Below are positions 57,276 to 64,000 of a DNA stretch of 64,000 nucleotides, piece by piece. Every line of letters starts with the position of its first letter. Within the stretch, counting starts at the first letter, position 1. Where the stretch lies: positions 32,001 to 96,000 of IMG/VR virus record IMGVR_UViG_3300031455_000001, one strand, 5' to 3'. Made by a program: the position numbers and the translations under genes. Source of the DNA: a virus. The notes under the pieces were generated by a model. It had not been told where the DNA came from. It searched no databases and saw only the letters and a list, made by a program, of their open reading frames with translations.

Positions 57276-60200
57276 TTAATCTTTCTTCCAATATTTTTGT
57301 GGTAGTGGAATTGTTTTAAATGAGTGACCAACACCATAAGCGCTTCTGTAATTATCAAGAAGATCATTTAATTCTGGTTTGTCTACAGCATAGTCACAAT
57401 GCTCATATGCTCTGTCATAAGGCGTTTTAACTAAGATCTGATACTTATATCCTTCTTCTGGTGAGTAAGCTTGTGGATAAGCCATATCAATCACGCTCCA
57501 TTCGTTCTTTTTAGGTTTTGTAATGCACTAACTAAAAACTCACGTTCCTCATCATCTATCCATGTTATTTTATCAGCATTGGAAATATGCTCATCAACAT
57601 CTTCAAGATTGTTTATATATTCACTAGATCCTAAACCCCAGCCATTTGACGTGTGAATTGTTGCTAATGAGTTTGTATTTTCAACGCCAATCCAATCACA
57701 TACTTTTATAGTGCCACCATGATTACAGTTTATTTTATATTCTATGCAATCATAACCCTCTTTAATCCCTTTGTGACAGCCGACATATTCTACATATCGG
57801 GCGTGATCATCTGGATTAACCTCATTTAATTTTATAAGTGCCAAACTTACAAATCCATTTACTCTATAGTTATTCATTTTTTGTTTCTTTAATTGTTGAG
57901 CCAGAACAATCACATCATTCATTGTTGCCACTTGATTTATATAATCTTCTATTGTCATCATCATCTCAATCACGCTCCGATCTGTTTTCTAATACCATTA
58001 TATCATACATTTATATCTTTTGTCAAAAGATATAAATGTGAATTTGTAAAATATTTTTATTGTATGATTCCAATAAGATTTACTCTCTTTTGATAATCAG
58101 CAAGTCGCTTTGCTTTTTCAATAGTTGGTAATAATCTACCATTAGAATGCTCTACAGAAAATCCTATCTCACCATTTTCCTCAACTGTCCAGATCATTTG
58201 TCTTTTATAAATAACGCAACCAATAACTTTTCTCATAACTATCAAACCCCTTCCTTATGTTTAGTGATATAACAGTAATCAATTTCCCAACCCTGATAAA
58301 TGTAATGATCTAACCTCACACCTATATCAATGCCATCTAAGCAGTTGCCAAAAATAGAGTTTGCAATTTTACTAGGATCAAAATATCTACAATCATGATT
58401 AACCTTATAACTTCTTTCCAGCTCTGTATAAGGCTTATCAAAAGTATCTTCGGTAAAGACAATTACCGCTTCTTCCCAAGTTTTATCATTAGCAAGTTCA
58501 TGCAATGTAGTTTTTTTCATTATCATCATTCCTTTCCTGTCTGTAATACCATTATAACACATGATTTATCTTTTGTCAAAAGATATTTTGCGCTATCAAA
58601 TTAATCTTTATCTACATCTAAATAATCTACATAATACTTATCAACACTACCTTTATTAAAGTCATCTGCAACCTTCTTTGCTTTTTCTTCTGATAAATAT
58701 GCGATATCATTTAATATTGAATCGTATGAATCCATTTCTTCCTGTCTTTTAACAATCCAAATTCTATCCATTTTTATCTCTCGCACCATTCCAAATTTTC
58801 AATTAACTTTTGATGATCCGTTCCTATATAAAATTGCAATTCACTTTCAATATTCTCTAGTCCATAAAACCCAAAACAACTTTCAATAATATCACCTTCA
58901 CTATCTTCAAAGAAGAATCCAAAAACATCACCTCTTAAATATTGATCATAAGTTTCAACTTCAGATACTAGACATTTTTCAGCTACTTCCAATCCATCAC
59001 ATTCTTTCAAAGCCTTCTCATTGCTTACGTGAGTCCAACCGATCTGACCACTATCCCAATTACAAGAAAAACCCGTTGTATTCATACTAAGTCCAGAATG
59101 ATCATAAAGATAAAGAGGTTTAATGATATATTTTTTCTCAATAATCTCCATCAAGCTTTCCATATTCATCACATTTAAATCAATATCAGGATCAATCTGA
59201 TTCACTAAATCTTCTAACAGATCTCTGGGATCTGAATAATTATGATTATCACCTAAATTATATTTGCTATGAAAACAAATCATTGTTCCAAGATTATCAA
59301 AGTCTTTTCTTGGTGATTCAACATCAGTATCTTGCATGATTTTAAGAACATGAGTATCATTTTTTGCAATTTTAACGGTGTGTGACATAATTATCAATTC
59401 CCTTCTTTTCTTATATTTTTATTATACGGTTATATTGCATTTATAACATTTTTTTAAAATATTACTTTTATCCATGAACATAGTGAGCAATATTTCCGTT
59501 ACTCAAAACAGTATATTTATTTTCAAATTCCAGACTATAATCAACTTCCTCATATTCTTCTTTGTTTTCATAAATTTCTATATCCCCATTTTCAATATCT
59601 ATTCTTACATCTTCATGGCTTGTATAATTTGAATCCTCTACAATCTCTTGAATTAATTTTTCGTTAAGTTTGCTCATTTTAATTCCTCCATTTTCTGTAT
59701 CAAGATTTATTTTAACTCTTAACAATATTATAACAAGTAAATTATCTTTTGTCAACAGATTATTGAAGAAAAAAGAGAAGTTTTCACCTCTCTGTTAAAA
59801 GAAAATCTTGACACCTTTTTTGTTGATTGCTTCCTCAACATCATTTTTTAAACTGTCAATTGCAGTTGGGTCTAATCTTTCCAATTCTTCCTTAAGGCGA
59901 GAGTCGATTGATTTAATATCCCCAATCAATTCAATTGCGTTATAGATACTGCCACTTGCATCATCTAAATGCTTCCATATTTCTTTTAAATTGTTAGCTG
60001 TTTTATATTTTGCCATTTAAATTCCTCCTGTTTAAAAGTTCTTTAAAATATTTCAGTAACTCTATAAGCGATGATTTCACCTTCATTATCATATTGAGGA
60101 GTCAATGCGTAGGAATCTTGTTTGTCGATGTGATTATTAATATCTTCTTTATCAACTTTCCAACAATCATTATACTTCTCACCATTCCAACCATTCAAAA

Positions 60201-61312
60201 CATAATGTGAGCCTCTAACTTCAACAACTTCCATTAAATTTGTTGAAAACTGATTAATATAACCTACTGTTTTCACTCCTATCACCCTCCTATTTGTTTT
60301 ACTAATATCATTATATCACACCTAATTTCTTTTGTCAAGAGATATTGAAATGTTTTACTCCATATTCACCAATGTGACAGCATCACTATTGTAACAAGCT
60401 AAAAATCCATCTTTAGTGAATACCGTAACAGTTGATTCACCTTTTTTGTTTCCACACTCATCATAATAAATCTTATGACTAATATCTATAACATCATGCA
60501 GTTTGCCATTAACTCTTGCTTTTATGTTGTGCAATTTCATCACCTTCATATGCCCTCACTCCTTGTTTTGTTTTGGGTTATGGTTTATGATATGCATTAT
60601 CTTTTGTCAAAAGAACAATAATTAAAAATAAATTTCATCCCTCATACAGCTTCTCCAGTCTATACTTGTACTCTTCAAGATCTTCATTTCTTTGCTTCAA
60701 TGCTTTCTCTTGAATTGAAATATCCTCATTGATCTTCTTAATATGGTTTTTGATATTGTTGATTTCAATCATCTTAACCATATCTTCAATTGTATTCTCT
60801 TCAATATTTATATTCTGCAATGTAGGTTTGATGATTATATTTTCAACTTTTCCGATTCTTTTATAAAGATACCTCTTGTCTTCTTTTAAAGAAACATCTA
60901 ATTTAAACAGTGTTATCGTCTTATTCTTCTTTAGTGAAATACTCCAAATGTGGTAATACAATCCCAAACCGCCAAGCTTTTCATCGATAATATCTTTAAA
61001 ATCATTATGACTTTCTGAAACATCAATTCTTTTATTTAAGAACTTTTTGCTCAAAGCACTGTTAGCGTCATTTATTGCCTCTATAAGCCTCATTGTTCAC
61101 TCCCCATTCTTTATATCAGAATAAGCTTTATAAGCCGCTAGAAACTCTTGTGTGCTAATTCCCAACGTCTCTGCTGACAACTGAACTCCTAGAGCTTGTT
61201 GATATGTCTGATTGGATAGTTCACCGCATCCCATCTCTTTACATGCTCTAGCTGATTGCAGTTGTTTATAGAAGAATCTCACCAGATTGCTCAACATTTC
61301 TTCTTTGCTCAT
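57276..61312 (-). CDS. early-region small genes (57276-57494, 57491-57973, 58057-58245, 58242-58562, 58601-58789, 58774-59397, 59468-59755, 59795-60016, 60043-60285, 60355-60549, 60635-61093, 61097-61312)
   Basis: ORF track; RBSs; 58774-59397 carries the conserved YLYDHSG motif. Confidence 0.6.
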
Positions 61313-61496
61313 ATGCGTTCACCTCTTTGATCTGCTTTATATCTACAATATACCATAAAAATTTGTACTTGTCCACTCATAAATGTTAGAAATAAGCGAT
61401 AAAAAGGTTATATGATAGATTAATTTAAAAATATATTGTCAATCCATGTAGTTATGTGTAGAATGAAAGACAAATAAAAAAATAAATAAAAAAAAA

Positions 61497-61563
61497 CGAA
61501 AGGATTCGCACTCCTTTCGCTCACCACCAAAAGTGGATGTGATTCGCACTCACGCAAATCCAC
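61497..61563. other. twin hairpins with identical TTCGCAC loops
   Basis: CGAAAGGA-TTCGCAC-TCCTTTCG and GTGGATGTGA-TTCGCAC-TCACGCAAATCCAC. Confidence 0.7.
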
Positions 61564-61665
61564 AAAAAAACACCACAAAAACCAAAATCAAAACCAAATA
61601 TATGACTTTATTATAAATGCTTATATAAGAAATTGCAACACTAAAATTAGCATTTACATAATTTT

Positions 61666-62114
61666 CATGGTGGTGAGTGAAACAGGCGAATCCTTTCCTA
61701 TACGGAAGGGATATTTGTGTTTCTTCCACATGGAATTGCCTGTACACCATGTAAAAAACTGTTTGATTTGGAAGAAATCGTGCATAATGTCCTTAGTAGG
61801 CGTTTAAAATATCTTCCACCCGCCTGATTATTCCTATTCATATGAGGGCGGTGGTGGTCGCTACCATTAAAGGCGAGGGCGGTAGACGTTGTGATCAAGG
61901 TCACAGGTCGTCTTATCTGTTATCATTCTAGGGGCGTTTTTAGAATGGGATAAGGCTCAACGGAAGTTGAAAAGTCGAATAGGTTTATACATACGGATAC
62001 CTGTTAATGCTCCCGATTTTCAGATGAGGAACAGTATAAAGATTTTGACTCTATGTTGACATCATTTTACATTTAATTGTATTTTGTTGCCAACATAGGG
62101 TCAAAATCTTTTTT
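61666..62114 (+). ncRNA. candidate large structured non-coding RNA (~450 nt), family unknown
   Basis: GC-elevated, no convincing ORF, >=9 stems with plus-strand G-U pairs, GGAA tetraloop, 3' long hairpin plus T6. Confidence 0.65.
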
Positions 62115-62338
62115 CCAGCCGTTTCCAGTTCGCAACCCATTTTCAGAAGGGGTAAACCTAAAAGTCAAGAGCATAAAGAACTAAATAAACAATTTTTATG
62201 CTAAATAAGAGCATTGTAGGTTTGGATAACCACTATAAATATATAGTGGTATATATAGAGAGTATAGGAAATGTAGAAATTTAAAGAGAAATTGACTCTG
62301 ATATAAGTATACCATAATATTTTGCATTTGTAAATAAG

Positions 62339-62530
62339 TTAAAGGATGAATTTGTTATTATTAAAGATCCCTAAACCATACTGTAATTCAATAGCATAAA
62401 CAATATAATTTTCGATATTCTTTCCTTTGCCTGTTTCATTGGCTAACTGTACAATTTCTTTAGCTTTTAATTTTGGAATCCCAAAGCTGGATATTTTCTT
62501 TATGTATTTACGTTCCATGATTTCACTCAT
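62339..62530 (-). CDS. small hypothetical protein
   Basis: ORF with AAGGGG RBS. Confidence 0.5.
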   Translation of the reverse strand: MSEIMERKYIKKISSFGIPKLKAKEIVQLANETGKGKNIENYIVYAIELQYGLGIFNNNKFIL

Positions 62531-62697
62531 ACAAGCAACCCCTTTTGATTTTCATATCTGATTAATATAGCTATTATATAATTATTATACCCACTTGTAA
62601 GATTTTTTAAACAACAAAAAAAGGACTTACGCCCTTTAAATTTTTGAAGTCCAATATAGGGGTATTGCAGATATATTTTTTGAGTTTGTTTATAATG

Positions 62698-63129
62698 TTG
62701 ATCCAGTTTTGAGTCAATTTTATATAAGGGATATGAAGGGTAGATTTTAGAACGCTACATGAATATTGATCCACTTTTGAGTCAATTCTATAATAAGCAT
62801 TAGAAAATGATGATTGGATAATAAATTGATAAGTGAGAGGGATATTGAATAGATATTGATCTAGTTTTCAGTCATAAGGATAGAAGAAATGTGGCATGAG
62901 AGAATAAAGATGAAATTTGTTTACATAATTAAATTATTTTGCTTTTCACAGTCTGTTTAAATATTGATTCACATTTCTATCATGGTGATTAAAGTTGATT
63001 AAGATGTAATCGTTGTTATTGTGATTTTGTTTTTAATGTTGATTGGTGAATAGCTATAAAGAGATAGGATCAATTTGATTAGAGATAATTCAGACAATAC
63101 CTAAAAACTGATCCAGTTTTCTGTCATGG
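62698..63129. repeat. five iteron-like 22-bp direct repeats
   Basis: TTGATCCAGTTTTGAGTCAATT-like at 62698, 62766, 62856, 62964, 63108. Confidence 0.75.
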
Positions 63130-63456
63130 TGATTGTAAGATGGTTAGATGTTTAATTGACTTAAAAAGCAAAACAACATATATAATTTCATATAATGATC
63201 TACTTTCTTATGGCTGTGATCGTTCAGCAATCGTCCTACAGTAGGTTTTGTTAACACTTTAAACTTCTTGCTTAGGAACATTGCGTAAAGTCTCCTTCGC
63301 CTCTCTACACTTGTTAAAATAGCAGGTGTATCTAATGAAAGAAGCTCTGTCTTATGGATCGTAATAAAAGTCAAAAATGAGAGGATGGAACACCTGTCTG
63401 ATTTTCTGATCTTAATAATTTTAGTAATTTCTTATTTTCCCGTAATCGTTATTGAG

Positions 63457-63885
63457 CTAGTTTAAATTCCCATAAATCACACCTTCTCTAATCATATTAA
63501 TCCAATCCTGATCTAACTTCTGTGCTTTTAGGTTTTTGAATGTGTCCAACCCTAAAACAAGATTAAATTTTTGATGCAATAGACTAGTTGTGAATTTTGA
63601 CTCCAGAGCCACCTTAACACATTTTGCACTACGTTCCGACCTAAATAAAAGCTCTCCTTCCGTAATGATAGAGTAAAATCTTGATGTTAATTCTGAAAGA
63701 GTAACATGACATCCGTGTTCTGCAAAAAAACTGTTAATCTCAAGATGGTTGGTGATAAATCCATTTTCAAAGTGGTTGCTGAGCATTTTTATCTGCCATA
63801 AATCACCGTATTCCTCTTTATGAATCTTCACAAGATCTATAGCCAAGCATGTTCTATTCGATTTTGTCATATTAAACAACTCCAT
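63457..63885 (-). CDS. hypothetical protein
   Basis: ORF; class 1 promoter at 63904-63932. Confidence 0.65.
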   Translation of the reverse strand: MELFNMTKSNRTCLAIDLVKIHKEEYGDLWQIKMLSNHFENGFITNHLEINSFFAEHGCHVTLSELTSRFYSIITEGELLFRSERSAKCVKVALESKFTTSLLHQKFNLVLGLDTFKNLKAQKLDQDWINMIREGVIYGNLN

Positions 63886-64000
63886 TCTTTTCTAATTGAC
63901 TTAATATTACCATTATTTATTGCTTTTGTCAACAAGTTTTCTTGATTTTTAAATTAATGATCTCTTCTTATTATATGTAGGATTTAATTTTTGTTTTCGG

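Larger units (their letters stand above)
54813..60610 (-). promoter_or_regulatory. class 2 sigma-A promoters with -35 inside a palindrome (54813, 56768, 57239, 57997, 58551, 59727, 60310; -35 palindrome only at ~60600)
   Basis: TTGACA-17/18-TATAAT or TATACT; TCTTTTG-T-CAAAAGA over the -35 box. Confidence 0.8.

Noticed and set aside
16-60210. Plus-strand ORFs in the track
   Set aside because: They are antisense shadows of minus-strand genes with no RBS or recognisable motifs. The MFHVKH starts are just the translated parS palindrome.
61550-61904. ORFs 61550-61750 and 61698-61904
   Set aside because: No RBS, atypical composition, and they overlap the structured RNA on the opposite strand.
61666-62114. 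tmRNA, RNase P, SRP, group I/II intron, hammerhead or retron msr-msd
   Set aside because: Hallmark motifs were not found by eye, and no reverse transcriptase is in the window.
62918-62945. dif/Xer site
   Set aside because: Only a XerD-like arm (TTATGTAAAC) matches; the XerC arm does not.
1-64000. tRNA genes, arbitrium aimR/aimP, IS elements
   Set aside because: No cloverleaf with a proper T-arm, no TPR receptor/peptide pair and no transposase were seen. The TTCGA hits belong to family C sites.

Overview
AT-rich segment of a large Bacillaceae-type phage or prophage with SPbeta-like gene order. Almost all genes are on the minus strand, so it reads from 64 kb toward 1. In that order: (i) ~61.3-63.4 kb, a largely non-coding control region with 5 iteron-like repeats, a ~450-nt highly structured plus-strand RNA candidate and twin hairpins with identical loops; (ii) ~42-61 kb, a field of small, mostly acidic accessory genes with many near-consensus sigma-A promoters, including an Ocr-like protein, a Lar-like protein, lipoproteins and an M28-type peptidase; (iii) a degenerate tyrosine-recombinase-fold protein plus an HTH protein; (iv) a replication module (SSB, Sak4-like ATPase, 3D protein, dNMP kinase, helicase, primase, RecJ-like DHH) with no DNA polymerase in the window; (v) counter-defence and nucleotide genes: (p)ppGpp hydrolase, RNase HI, macrodomain, GIY-YIG endonuclease, two NTases, type II topoisomerase A/B, class Ib nrdHIEF, dUTPase, S8 protease, RNA ligase, PNK-HD, ClpP, DNA ligase and SLOG. 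The strongest unexplained structure is that small accessory genes are bounded, between the upstream stop codon and the next RBS, by two families of palindromic arm-N6-arm sites: CCGTT-N6-AACGG (~20 loci, often doubled) and ATAAAA-N6-TTTTAT (>=10 loci). This architecture resembles an integron-like gene-cassette system. Six consensus Spo0J/ParB parS sites are also present, two of them inside such junctions. All calls come from manual motif reading; no database searches were run.
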